The position numbers and the translations under genes were made by a program. This document shows, in pieces, positions 50,302 to 63,367 of a stretch of 64,000 nt of DNA (position 1 is the first letter of the stretch; each line of letters starts with the position of its first letter). Source of the DNA: Vicugna vicugna (Eukaryota); NCBI GenBank assembly GCA_013265495.1, contig MU058650.1, positions 1,271,290 through 1,335,289 of the forward strand. The letters run 5' to 3'. Below the pieces are notes generated by a model that was not told the origin of the DNA, made no database searches, and saw nothing but the letters and a program-made list of their open reading frames with translations.

Positions 50302-50463
50302 ATCACGTTTAAGAATGAAGTAGGTCAATATGATTTGGAGGTAACGACGTTTCAGCTGGCTGTATTGTTTGCATGGAACCAAAGACCCAGAGAGAAAATC
50401 AGCTTTGAAAACCTAAAACTTGCAACTGAACTCCCTGATGCCGAGCTTAGAAGGACTTTATGG
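50302..50463 (+). CDS. CUL5: CUL5 exon 16 (162 nt)
   Basis: ttacag|ATC ACG ... TTA TGG|gttggt; ITFKNEVGQYDLEVTTFQLAVLFAWNQRPREKISFENLKLATELPDAELRRTLW. Confidence 0.97.
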
Positions 50464-51193
50464 GTTGGTTGGTTTTTATGTTTTTTTATTTTTTAAGTTA
50501 CATCCTCTCTCATAGCAAGAAATATGTGTTGGCTTGCTTGAAATAAGTTTATGAGTTCATAACACTCTCAAATGACTTTTAACCAAGAAAAATACACTAA
50601 TGAGATATTTATGGAAAAAAAAAGAAATTGAAAATAAGCAAGTTATTAAGACAGAGAATGGCAAAAAGAGAGAGTGTCAGAAAGATTGAGTTGGTATTTA
50701 AATGTTATCTATGAGGAGTGGCCAAAGACTGCATCATGAGTGTTCAAAGATTTTATGGTAACCCAGATTCTAAGAATTATCTTTTGAGGGCTTGTAAAAT
50801 GTAGTTATCAGCCTCCTGTTCAAAACTGCATTTTTCCCCGACTCCACAGGCCTCTTCCAAAGTAAATTCTCACCTGGAGAGAGATCAGCTGGTTTACAGC
50901 TGGTAGTGGTGTTCATGGTGCTCATATATGACCAGCGCCTCTGGGTTTTTTGGTTTTTCGTCTTATGGCAGAGAGAGTATTTATTGCTTCCTCACAACCA
51001 GCTCTTTTCTCCTCATTCTCTCTCTCCTCATTATGCCTTTGCATTGCTGTATTCATGGAAGTAATAAATAGAAGTTTGAAGTTGAAATTCATGCTCATAA
51101 TTCTTTCTCACCTATATTGATCATGTTGGAGAATTGATCTTGGCATTCTGCACTGTTTATAGAAGCTAATTGTTTTCTCTTTATTCTTCATAG

Positions 51194-51312
51194 TCTTTAG
51201 TAGCTTTCCCAAAGCTCAAACGGCAAGTTCTGTTGTATGAACCTCAAGTCAACTCACCCAAAGACTTTACAGAGGGTACCCTCTTCTCAGTGAACCAGGA
51301 GTTCAGTTTAAT
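51194..51312 (+). CDS. CUL5: CUL5 exon 17 (119 nt)
   Basis: tcatag|TCT TTA ... TTA AT|gtaagg; SLVAFPKLKRQVLLYEPQVNSPKDFTEGTLFSVNQEFSLI. Confidence 0.97.
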
Positions 51313-51960
51313 GTAAGGTCTACGTTGGTTGATCTAAAATAAAAATAGCTTGTTTGAATTTTAATGTTTTATTTTTAGCAAAACAGTTGTTTTCCTTACA
51401 TGATATTTAAAACATACCTGTATACTGTCATCACTTTAAATTTATGTCATTTAGTTGTTTATTAAACATATTAATGAGCTGGAGATGTTTATTACTTCTT
51501 TGTGTATTGTCCGTGGATACATCTGGGTGTCTGACATTATACTGTATTGCTCTTCAGCTTCAACATCCTTTTGCACTTTAGCAACTTTATCCACCCAGGA
51601 TTTTTCCCTCTAGATCTGATTAGAAGATAATGCTGAATTACAGCCAGTATATCTTCAGTTATCTAATCACTTTCATGGCAATATACATTATATTAACTCT
51701 GTTACTACAGGGAGTGTAGTCACCCGTATTCTATTAGCAAAGCTTTTACTGTATTTGAGGGAAACCATAGGGTTCTTTTTTTTTTTTTATAGGATTCATT
51801 TTAATAAAGCTGTATGTTGGTTATTTGTTACTTTTACCCTAAACAGTGCTGGATATTAATTTTAAGAATACTTCTAAATTTTTTTATTAGACATTGTTGC
51901 TGTAATATGATGTTTTAAAGGCCTGTCACTGCAAAATATTTGACTCAATGTTTTTTATAG

Positions 51961-52084
51961 AAAAAATGCTAAAGTTCAGAAAAGGGGCAAAATCAACTTG
52001 ATTGGACGCTTGCAGCTCACTACAGAAAGGATGAGAGAGGAAGAGAATGAAGGAATAGTTCAACTAAGAATACTAAGAACCCAG
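51961..52084 (+). CDS. CUL5: CUL5 exon 18 (124 nt)
   Basis: ttatag|A AAA AAT ... ACC CAG|gtttgt; KNAKVQKRGKINLIGRLQLTTERMREEENEGIVQLRILRTQ. Confidence 0.97.
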
Positions 52085-55000
52085 GTTTGTAATATTAAGA
52101 TGGAGTCTCTACATTTTGAAAAACTTCACTGTTGTTCTTTTATCTTCAAATTTTTTTGAAATTAAAGGAATGTAAGTATTCAGACTTTTTGTACAGAAGA
52201 GCTAATTTTCATTTTACTGATAGTGTTCTCAGTTGCTGAAAGAGACATCTGTGGGACTTGGTGGTCTCTGGTAGATTCTGTTGTTTGGGCAAAACCTTCG
52301 TTTTTGGTTATGCGTCTCTTTGACCACACGTCAAAGAGAATAAATGTATCTCAGCAACAAGTTACAATTCTGGGACTGTGTGTTTAAAATTTCATTTAAT
52401 TTTAAGACTTCTAATTCCATTGTCATGTGAAATTAGGGAACATTTTTTTTTAACATATTTTAAAACTAGGATGATGATACCTCTGAATGTGATAAAGAGT
52501 ACCTATAGCAAACTAATGTATGAGTGTTTTAACTTTAGAGATTTTTTAAAACTAAGTTGTGCCACTTTTACCATTTTCATTCCATTGTAGTTGAAATTAT
52601 TGGCCAGTGTAATCAAACATGAAACAAATAGGAAAGATTAAAATTTTCCATGACTTTTAGATCATATAATATGATAAAGGAGCAGAGAGAAGATGAATAA
52701 AAATCTAATGCTTTTCTGTTTAGCAATAAACAAACAAATAAATAAACTTAAGAACATAAAAGAAGAAACCATAGAATTCACTGGCATTTCTTTAAAAAGC
52801 AGTGTGTAGGCCCTCTGTGAAGAGAGGGCCCTTCACCTGAGAAATTCAAAGGGAGATTTGAATAAATAGATTGTATCTTACTAAATTTTTTTATTGAGGT
52901 ACAATTTACATACAATAGAATGCACATTTTTTTGGTTCTCAGTGTTTTGCTGAATGTGTATATCTCTGTGACCATCACCTCAATTAAAGTACAGAACATC
53001 CCCATCATCTCAGTGATTTCCCCGTGTCTCCTATCCAGCCGGTCTCCCCCTTCAACCCACTTGACTCCTGTCGCCACTGCTCAGTTCTGCCTGTTCTAGG
53101 TCTTCATATAAACAGAATCAGACAGTGTATGTACTCTTTGTATCTGGCTTCTTTTGCTTAACATGAAATAACATTTTTTTAATGATAAGGCTGAATAAGT
53201 TAAGTTGATTTTTCCCATAGTAGTACTAAGATTACTGAATTTCATATAAAAACTCAACTGGGAATACTGTGGGAGTTTTAAAAATTGATTCTCAATTTTA
53301 ATCAGAAAGAATGAATAGATGAGAGTGATTGAGAACCTTAAAAAAAAAGTAAGAATAAGGTGTTAGTGGTGGTGGAACTTGCCTTGACAAATATTAAAAC
53401 TTAATAAAATATCTACAAAAATAAAAGTGTGATGGACAGATTAACTGAAAGAAATAATAACTCGGAATTAAACCTCCTATGTAAGTGTAGATGAACTTTG
53501 CAATAAAGGAAATAATTTCCATGGCCCATGAAAAGGAAATGTATTATTCAGTAAGAGGGTTCAGGAAATTTTACTTCTGGGGGAAAAAAGCATGATATAT
53601 TTGTAGCTTATGTCTACACCGGATCCATTCAGATAGATTAGAACTGAGATATGTAATGTGAGGGCAGGTGTAGTTACACTGTAAGATGTGCAGAGAAAGT
53701 GAAGTTTTGTTGTTTTATGTAAAACTGATCCATAATTCCGCCCAGCCCGCTGATCCAGGCTGTCCGTTGAGCTGATGCTCAGGCTTGGTTATTTCTCCCT
53801 GATTCTGCTCCGACCATCCCCATCCTTTCCTGTTTTCACAGGCGGTGTCTGGATGTATTGAGGTTGAGAGAAATTCACTTGATCTCATAGTGACAGTGAA
53901 CGGACTGTCGTATCTGTACAGTTGTGACCGTGTCCTGGGTTCTTGCTCTTGTCAGCTGTGAAGTGCTTTCTTTATCTGCCACCTGTGGGACTTTGACTTT
54001 CTTCTGCTGTGTATTGCTGATGTCTGTAGCAGATACACTGTGGTTTATTCTTTTTCTGGTTGGTGAGGACCACATGGCATCTTTCCTGCTCTGGCTGCCT
54101 GTCCTCCGCTCTTACTGGGCTCTTGAGCCCTCTGAGACCCTGCCATATCTTCTGTGTGTCCCTTCACCCACATGGCATGCTCTCATTATCATCTGCTGCT
54201 ACAGGAGCACCCTCTCCTGCCACTAAAGGCCCTCTGTGGCAGGTCCATTAGCTCTCAACTCGATCTGCATCATGTGAGAACTGAGAGAGGCTCAGGAGTG
54301 CAGATTCTTTCCATTATATCATGCCACTTTTCTAGTGACCTCCAACATACTAAATGCGGACCAGGGTCAGAACCCCTGTTGGTCTCTCACACACCCCGCC
54401 GTCTTCACCTCTGACACAGCTAGAATCGGAGAAATTGGGATGTTTCCAGTTGCTCCTCTTCTCCTTCCTGGCTCTGTCGTGTATAGGTGCCTGAAGGGAG
54501 GGACAGCCTTTTTCCCTCTTTATTCTTTCTTTCTGGACCCTTAACATAAATCCCTGTGAAGAAGAGCCTGGATCTGGACAAAATGACATTGGGAGGAACC
54601 CACCTGACCTCTAGTGGCAGTGTAAGGTCCTCCTGTCTGTCCAGGGGAAGCTGAAGGTACTTTCTCATGCTGAGTAGCGCCTGATTCCCAAGGTTGATAC
54701 TGCCTTGCATTTGCACTCCATTTTCACATTTCTTTTCAAATAAATTCTTATCTCCACTAAGGCAGATGAATACCTTTTGTTGGCTGAGGAGACAGCTTGT
54801 ACTGGAAAAGCCAAAGGGAAAAAAATATTTATTAATTTTCTTACCCGTATTACAAACTTAGTATTAATTAAAGAAATCATCAAGGAAACTATTGATAAAA
54901 TTGACTTAGATGAAAAGTACTTACTCCTATAGAAAGTAAAAATACTGAATTGAGTCAATACAAGCTGAAGGTACTTACAACAAATACAGTTTATTCATCT

Positions 55001-55494
55001 GGTAAATATAGAGTCATAATTACTAATTTTTAAAACAGACACCAACTGACTTACTACTTCCTATACAAAGAAATAACTGAATACAAATGAAAAAGTATGT
55101 AAAGGAGTTTGTTGTATCTTAGTTGATTCTTAACACAATACCAGATTACATACATATTGTGTTCACAGGTAAGATAAAATTTTTAAATATACATAGTATG
55201 GAAAGAAGAAATGAAGGGAAGAACACGAAAACATTAGGTGTGATTTTTCTTTCAGCAAAGAGGTTATGGGTAAATTTTGTTTTTTCTCACTTTTCAAAAT
55301 CTCTATAATATGCAGGTTTTATTTTTCAGAGGGAAAACATTTTTATTTGTTAAGTAAAAGGTACTGGTCTCAAGATTAATCTAGTGATTGCTGATCATTT
55401 GGAGAGATGTTGGCTAGAGGACGAAATACGTAAAAAGTCATTTTTTTGTTTTGTTTTGCTCAAAATAATATTTTATTTTTATTTTTTCTTTTAG

Positions 55495-55689
55495 GAAGCT
55501 ATCATACAAATAATGAAGATGAGAAAGAAAATTAGTAATGCTCAGCTGCAGACTGAATTAGTAGAAATTCTGAAAAACATGTTTTTGCCACAAAAGAAAA
55601 TGATAAAAGAGCAAATAGAGTGGCTAATAGAGCACAAATACATCAGAAGAGATGAATCTGATATCAACACTTTCATATACATGGCGTAA
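55495..55689 (+). CDS. CUL5: CUL5 exon 19 coding part (195 nt), winged-helix/neddylation region
   Basis: ttttag|GAA GCT ... ATG GCG TAA. EAIIQIMKMRKK contains the NEDD8-acceptor lysine (K724 in human numbering; codon 55516-55518). Confidence 0.98.
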   Translation, partial: EAIIQIMKMRKKISNAQLQTELVEILKNMFLPQKKMIKEQIEWLIEHKYIRRDESDINTFIYMA

Positions 55690-58600
55690 TTTTGAATATC
55701 ATGGACAATACTAAGAACCCAAATTGTGGAGTGCTTGGGCAGAAAGTTGTTACAGTTTGTGCTAGAGGAAGGTTTATTTGGACTTTGATTACATAAATAT
55801 TAAAATCTCTGCCTTACCTAACAAAACAACTATATTTTGCCAATCACGTTAGTTAGCATGGTGGCATTCCCTTCATGTTGCACACTCTTTAACAGCATGC
55901 TGTTTTGTGGAGAAACTTGCATTCATGAAGAGCCCATTATGAACTTTTAAAAATAAATCCAATTTATACCCACCAGAAGAAAAACAATGGGAAGGGTAAC
56001 AGTGGGGTTCTTGTTGCTTGTGTTTTTCTTTTCTTTTTTTTCCCTCTCTTAGAAAAATGTACTTGCACAAGGAAGGATCTTCAGATGTTCGTGCACTGAA
56101 AAATGCTGTTATGTTTTGTTTTAAAAATGCAATTAAAACTAGAAATAGCACTCTTCGTTTCTTTTGATCAAAAGAGTGAGCTGGTCTACACAACATTGGG
56201 ACAGGGCAGATGTAGGGAAAAGACAAGTATTTAATAGTGTCAGATTACTTGTTCAAACACTGCTTCAGTATAGTAACTGGATTTTAATGGTGACTTTAAA
56301 ATGGTATTAAATTTTTCCAACTTAAAAATGTTGGCTTTCTTTAAGCAGGAGACTACTGTTTTAGTTGTTTCTTGTTAAATGATAAGGAAGTTTTGAATTT
56401 TTTTTTTATCTTAAATGGATGGACAACTTGTTTGGGAAAAGTGAGGATTATATTAATTGTTATTTCAGTTGTTAAAAAAAATGTATGGAGACAGGTCATT
56501 TCGACTGCAGAATCAAAACAGCAAAACAAGCATCTTAAGTGTTTGCTAAGATACTTAATATTTATATACCTAATATTTATTATGCCGCATTCAAATTTAT
56601 TAAAAACAAGACAAATCTCCTGCTCTAATATAATGCTGTTTTGTAACTGACCTCTTAACCTGTAGCATAGACATATTTTGAAATTTTAAAGTGAAATTGA
56701 TTCATGATTAGGGATTTATAACAGTTTTATGGAAAGTAAGACATTCTGTTTTAAAAAGTAATTATCAAGTCACCTAGGAGAAAGAGGAAAACCACAACAT
56801 AAGATCTGAAAAACATAAGCAAAATTGTTGCAATCTTAATATGAACAGTAAACTTGCCAAATATATGTACATATATATTTATATATTTTAATAATAAACA
56901 TTTTCAAAATAGTCTGAAGGCAACACTTACCTTGTTCCTTTCAGTCAATCCAAAGTGGCAACTTATTAGTTGCTGGCAACTGAATACCCAGAATAGTGGA
57001 GGTTTTAGGACTTGAGGACATGAACAACTTAAAAGAGAAAAATTTATTCCCCGTTGGGAAAGAATGGCTGAACGTGGATTTTATTCATTGTGGGGCACAT
57101 TTCAGATTTTCTTGCAAATTGTTTGCTATTTTGTTTAATATTAGTAATAATATTGTAAGTGAATTTGATGACAGTAGGAAACGGAGTGCTGGAGCATCGA
57201 AAGGCATACAGTATTACTGCAGAGTGCTTGCAAGAGCATTTCATGGCGGCTGTCCCCATTCCCAAGAGGCTTTGTGAGCTGCCCGCTGAAAGGAAGGAAA
57301 GCAAATTTAAAACATTTAAGGTTTTGCTGTATAGTCAAATACCTATTCTGAAACTCATAGGAAATTGGAATTTTGTTTCTAATTTAAAATCTTATACTTG
57401 AGCTCTGAGGTAGCATATGTCAATTATTAGACTAAGCATATTGTTAAGAATTCAACTAAATTAGTGCTCACTGTTTCCTCTAGATGACTGTTAACAATGG
57501 ATAAAATTGAAATTTTAAAAAAAGATGATTTGGTAATAATTGTGACCCGTATGTTTAAAAAATAGTTTGATATTAGCATATTTGCTTATCCAGGAATGCC
57601 AAAGGAGGGAGAAATGGAAGGAAAAATTACAGGCCATTTCTTAAAAGTTTAAGATTTTTTTGTTGTATTAAGCCAGAATTGTCCTCAGAACTTTTTTGGA
57701 ATTTCTAATCTTTTTAGTCATTTCATTTAAGAATGACAGCCATGATGTTTTGATTTATAAAGGCAAATTTAATGCAAAAGTGGGTAACTCTAAATCCATA
57801 GCGAAGTTTTCTATTAAATTTTATAAATTTTTTAATAGCTAATTATGTCCTAATTGTATTTTGGGGACTAGAACAGCAGCAAATATTGTAGACTTACAGT
57901 TTTCATCATTGTTTTCATTATGCATACAAAAATTTGACTACTTTTTGGTGTTTATGACAACCATTTAGTTGACAAGGTGCCTATCATTGTTGAATTTTCT
58001 TTAAGTATATTTTGACAGTAGATTTGTTAATTAAAAAAAAAGAATCTGAAAAAAAAAACCTACCAGCAGTTTGCTAAAGGTACAAAATCACAGTTAGTAG
58101 CCTTTATTATTGAGTCCCCTTCCTGGTAATGTGCACTTAAAATTAGTGCTTATGAGCAGGGATGAAACCTGACATAGTTAAGGGGAAAAATATATAGATA
58201 TATACATATATGTATGTATTTTTTTCATGAGGAGTATGGCAGTAGGACCCTTGAGGTTAATTTAAGCTTCGAGCATTCATCTTCTGATACAAAGATGGAG
58301 CCGTCTGGAGAATGTTAACCTTTGTTGCCGTCTCATTGCCAGAGTAAGTAAACATGAAATAAAGTAAAAATATAGAACAATTTTAATGGTTACAATGAGT
58401 TAAATATTTAGAATATTACCGTTACAATGATTTAATGAGGATCGTGAAATAAATTCTGAAGTCTTCCAATTTTTACATTTATTGGAGGGGTCTCTGCATT
58501 CTGTCAAACTTTAAGTGTCTTACTCTTCTTTTGTGCATACATATTAAAATTTCCAAAAGTGAAATATTAGCTTTCTTGTTTTTACCTTTTATTAAATTTA

Positions 58601-59105
58601 ATGCAAAATATGACCAGAGTAGTTAAAAAGTATTTTGCATTATTTGCAGTAAGTTGTCATTGGCCCTGCTCAAAGGGCAAATTTTAAAACTTCAATTTGG
58701 TTGAAAGATTTGCTAGTTTTCCAGAAAGATTTGCTATCTTAAACTCAAGCTTGTTTTTTCTATTTTCATGTAAATGACTGGGATGCTGTCCTATAAACTC
58801 TTCCAAGGTCATGTTTGTGAAATAAACATTACATGAGAGCTTTCCTGTCATCTACACTATATATGTTGTCCGGAGTGTTGAACAAATTTGAGTTCCTGAG
58901 TTGTAATCTACCCTCGTATGGTATATACGATTTTGAATGTGTGCCACTACATACTGAGATGATAATGCTGTACAATTTTAAATGGTAGCAGTTTCTGTAT
59001 GCAGTAGGCTGAAATATTTTGATGAACTGCTTAATTTTTGGATTTTATTTTTTAAGTTGTATAATTTATTTTCTTGCAAAATAAAAATGTAATATAAAAG
59101 CTTTC
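55690..59105 (+). other. CUL5: CUL5 3'UTR (~3.4 kb, AT-rich, no obvious interspersed repeats)
   Basis: Follows the stop codon and ends after AATAAA at 59080 with a downstream GT/T-rich tract. The end position is estimated. Confidence 0.75.
59080..59085 (+). terminator. Probable distal polyadenylation signal AATAAA
   Basis: AATAAA preceded by a U-rich upstream region and followed ~35 nt later by tgttggtgttct (GU-rich downstream element). Confidence 0.65.
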
Positions 59106-59552
59106 ACCTATCCAGAAAATGTTGGTGTTCTACTGTAAAACAGTTTCTAAATTTTGATTCAAATTTTTGTAATAGGTATTTTTATATATTTCATAATGAA
59201 ATACTAAATCTCAGCCAGCCTTAGGAGTTAAAAATATGAAAAGTAACCAGCTTACTTTTAAATTTCAAATCATAGTTCAGAATGAAAGCTGTCGGGAGTG
59301 CAGCTTTTCCGTTGACGGTCGCATAGGACTGTCAGGCCTGGAAGAGGTCAAAATTTTCAAACCTTAAAGTGATGAATGTATTCGTTCATTAGTTCAGATA
59401 GGCCATGTCGTACCCCAAATTTAAATTTTTTTATCACATAAAAGTAAAAAATATAAAAATTATTTCATGTTTTGTGTATATTTGATAACTTGTGAAATAC
59501 TTAAATTTCAAAGCTAGAGGCAGTTTAGTAATAAAGTTATGAAGATAGACCG

Positions 59553-59912
59553 TGTCTTGTCGGTCTTGGCAACTGTAACAAAGCACCGCGGACTGCATGG
59601 CGTGTACGGCAGCAGAAGTTGGTTCCTCATAGCTCTGGGGGCTCCGAGTCTGAGATGCGGGGGCCAGTGTGGCTGGCTCTGGTGAGGGCCCTCTGCAGAC
59701 TGCTGGCCTCGCACTGTCTCCTCACACGGCGGAGGGAGGGCTTACGGAGCGCTCTCCGGGTCTCCTTCATAAAGGTGCTAATGCCGTTCACAGGGGCTCC
59801 ACTCTCATGGCCAAGTCACCTCCCAGAGCAAAGGCCCGACCTCCCAGCAACATCACGTTGGAGACTAGGTTTCAAGTATGCCTTGTGGAGAGACACATTC
59901 AGTCCATAGCAC
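59553..59912 (-). mobile_element. MLT1A/B-like solo LTR
   Basis: ctgtaacaaagcacc...ctggtgagggccctct...acacattcagtccatagca. Confidence 0.85.
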
Positions 59913-60029
59913 TTCATGGTGACCCTAAACTCCGCCTCGGACTTGAACTGGGATTTGAGGTTGGGGGGAAATTGACTTGGAAATGAAGGCAGAGGAAAGT
60001 GTGACCTCAGTCTAAGGTTCACCAGAACC

Positions 60030-60188
60030 TAGAGACAGATTTACTATTAGGCATAAGCTTCTGGGCCCCTGACTTGCACGGCCCCCTTCCAAGGCCCTGC
60101 GAGGGGCCCTAGGAATTTTGTATTGGTAATTTATATTATTTTTTCTCAAAGAAAATCCCCTAAATGTCCAAAGTTGGATCCAGTCCTG
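60030..60188. mobile_element. MER45-like hAT element fragment
   Basis: aagcttctgggcccctgacttgcacggcccccttccaaggccctg. Confidence 0.6.
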
Positions 60189-61255
60189 CTGAAACAACGC
60201 AAAAAGACCCGTGTCTGGCACATAGAAGGCATGCAAATGTGGATCGAATGAATGAAGCATGTATGCTTAAGAGCAGAGTAAAGTTCAGTATTTAAAATTT
60301 TAAATGGGAAGACTATTTTCTAATCGCTTATTCTAGGCTGTAAAATCAAATATGGACTTTGCATGTTCCTAAACATCTGTTTTAACCAACAGACAGTCTG
60401 GAACAAGGGTCTTCGACTGTTGAGAATTTTATGAGCATCTGATTAAAGAGAAAGCCACGTATATAATGACGCAGACAATTCTGTGTATAAATTTTAAGCG
60501 TTCCAACACTCAAGATCAAAAAGCTTTGACAGTGAGATCCCACAGCTCGTAGAGAGTGGGTAGCAACTTGCTGTCTGAATTGGTAATGGCCTGATGTCAC
60601 AAGTGCTGATCCGAACTTAGGTCTACTCTAGTTTTTGGCCGTTTTTATCTCAAGAATGACACCTGCGTGTTACTGGGTTTTGTTATTTTCATTTAGTGGT
60701 AAATGCAGTATTTCTCTTGTTGTTGTGGTTGCTGGAGCGGACTGCTACTTACTTAGGTGTTTCTTCAACAGTGATTGATGGTTGAAGGGTAGCCGTGGGA
60801 ACCAGGAAGGCAGAGGAAAGGGAAGAGCCAACTTTGCAAAGAGCCAGGTTTGAAAATTAACACTCCTGTTAAGAGACTATATTTATCGTACCTCTAAGAA
60901 AGGATGGGGCCTGGGAATACCTTTACAAGGCCCTTTTCCTGTGGCTGCTAAGTGTATCATTTTCTTTTCCCTTATTCTGCCTTACCTCCTCCATTCTCAG
61001 CAGAAGATCTTACTTTGAGAAAATAAGCAGAGAATGTAAGGCTGTCAGGTATGCACTGTGGCAACTTGCCTTCTCTACCTGTCAGCTTCAGTAGCGCACG
61101 TCTTCATCTGCCTACCTATCTCAGAGGAAGGGGTACCTCACTTCTTGCTCAAGACCAACTGTTTATCTTTCTCTGCTTCCTGTGTTCTGCTCCAAAAATA
61201 CCTACATTCCTGTATCTTCCAGTCATCCTTTTGGTTACTTCCTTCTCAGCCCACA

Positions 61256-61433
61256 AAGGGGTTCTCATGTTTTGGTCCACAGACCAGCAGCATTCTCATC
61301 ACTTGAGAGCTTGTTGGAGATGCAAGTTCTTGAGCTCTACCCGAGACCTACTTTGGGGAGAGGTGGGGACAGCAATCTGAGTTTTAATAAACCTTCCAGG
61401 TGATACGGATGCACTAAAATTTGAGAGTCACTG
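61256..61433. mobile_element. MER5A-like hAT MITE
   Basis: ggttctca...cagaccagcagcat...gttttaataaaccttccaggtgat...tttgagagtcactg. Confidence 0.8.
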
Positions 61434-61439
61434 ACTTAA

Positions 61440-62140
61440 AAACATTCAAATATCCACCATCCTTAAGAATGTCTTCCCCCTGCCTTGGTCATGTTATGAC
61501 CTTATTTTCCTCCCTCCATTTTCTGCTAAACATCTGCACAGTCTGTCTCCATTTCTTCTCCTTAGTACTCACTGGCTTCTGCCTCCACTGGTCCTCTTGC
61601 CAAGGTCATCAGTGTCCTCCTGTTGCTTCATCAGAAGTTCATTTTCAATCTTCATCTCCCTTGATCCCCTTCCAACATTTGTACCTTGAACACTCCTAGT
61701 TACTGAATTTGTTTCATCCCTCGACTTTAAGGATACCATTCTCTCTTGGTCCCGCACTTACCTCTCTTAGCTTTCTCAGTCTCGTTCTCTGCCTGCACGC
61801 CCCAGGATTTCATCCCCATTTCTACTCTTGCTGAGTTGTGGACTCTTGGCTGATTTTATCTACCTCTCTGGCTTCAACCACTGTCTGCATGTTGATGCTC
61901 CAGACTGTCTCCATCCCAGGCTTTCCATCCCCAGATCAACGTGTATTTACAGCTAATTCTTGAACATAGCATCCATCACAGACTTGCTCCACTTGGTAGC
62001 TATCTCCGTCTCCCAGGTTAGCAACCTTGGTGTACCTGTTGCTCCCCTCCCACACCACACTATTGATTCTACCTCTGTATTGCCTTCAGGGTCTCACCTT
62101 TGTTTGCCTTTACTGCTACTGTGTTCACTGAACGAATATT
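61440..62140 (+). mobile_element. L2 LINE remnant
   Basis: Pyrimidine-rich L2 motifs (ttgccaaggtcatcagtg, tggcttcaaccact). Confidence 0.6.
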
Positions 62141-63367
62141 TCAGTCTGCTTATACCATCTGAGGGAGGTAGGGACTAGCTGCTGGGTTGCTTCTTGGCCT
62201 AATTTGGAAGTGGACTAAATGTACAGAGTGATAAGTAGTGGCCAGTAAGATGATGTTTGCTTGACGTCCGTGGCATTTCTGGACCGCTGGCCTAGCTCTC
62301 ATTTTCCCCTGAGTTGCGCTCAGACCTCTGAGGCCTGACGCCAGCTGAGGTGAACTGGGTCATTCCCTTTAACCTGTGGCTGAGGAGGCGCTCCAAGTCG
62401 AAAGCATAAAAGCAGGACAAGGATTTTCATCATTTAAAAACTTCCCACGTTTTTAGTGCGGTTCCTTGCTCAGTTAGGGGCCCACTACTTGCAAATTTTA
62501 GTTCAAAGGTTTGGGAGCCACTGCTGACCAGACCGAATCATCCTCTAAAGGTGAGGGACAGGTTAACAAGCCCAAAAGTCATGCCTGGGACAAGCTGGAC
62601 TTCTTTCTCACACTCACCAAGAACTTCCCCAAGTATCTTCTTTTGTATCTTTTTGTTCTAAAGCCCAAGATAAACCCAATGGAAGCTATTTTTAGGCACT
62701 CTTCTCTTCTGCTGTCTTGTGCATCTTCCGATTGTAATCATTTTCATACTTGAATGCATGTTGCCAAATGGCAAAAATAAAACAATTTAATAAAGAGTTG
62801 GGTGTCCTTTATTCAGGGGAGAACTTACATTCCCTGTGGGCTGGGGAGCACAGCCCCTCCCGGGCAGTGGAGCATTCCTGCTAAGGGCTTTTGGGCAAGA
62901 GGAGCCTCACAGAGCTTTAAAGGGAGCAGCGACCTGGAAACGGCGTGACCGGTGTGAGGTCGGCCTTGCCTGCCTTAGGCTAGCCCGTCAGCCAGGGAAC
63001 CAGGAAAGAGTATTCAGCTTCAGTTAACTGGCCGAGGTTTCACATCTGACCTTACCTAGAACAAAGAAATCAGTACACACTCTTGGCAGCTGGGGATTGG
63101 CTGGCTAGATACACTGTATTTCTGGTCAAGTGGAGCATTTACAAGGACTCGAAAATTATCTTAAGTTTCTTTGGCTCCCAAGGCAGGAGCAGCTCCACCC
63201 TGGGCTTGGAAAATTATTTCAACAGTGAGGTACAAACATTTTAAATGTCCACTAAAGAAGCTCTTGACACTTCGTACTTCCCAGGATTTCAAGAAAGAAG
63301 ATGTTTTATAGGGCATGCAAATGGAAGTAACATGAGGAAGTGACATACGTAGTCTGACCAGGACGAG

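Larger units (their letters stand above)
7294..59105 (+). other. CUL5: CUL5 gene body, exons 3-19 plus 3'UTR (5' end outside window)
   Basis: 17 GT-AG exons splice into one continuous frame (2209 nt including the stop) matching the cullin-5 protein from DVHAVCLW to INTFIYMA*. Exon numbering is by analogy to human; the 3' end is approximate. Confidence 0.98.

Noticed and set aside
57166..57289. Possible C/D snoRNA (TGATGA...CTGA) or coding island in the 3'UTR
   Set aside because: The C box lacks the leading purine, there is no terminal stem, the location is exonic, and the ORFs match nothing I recognise.
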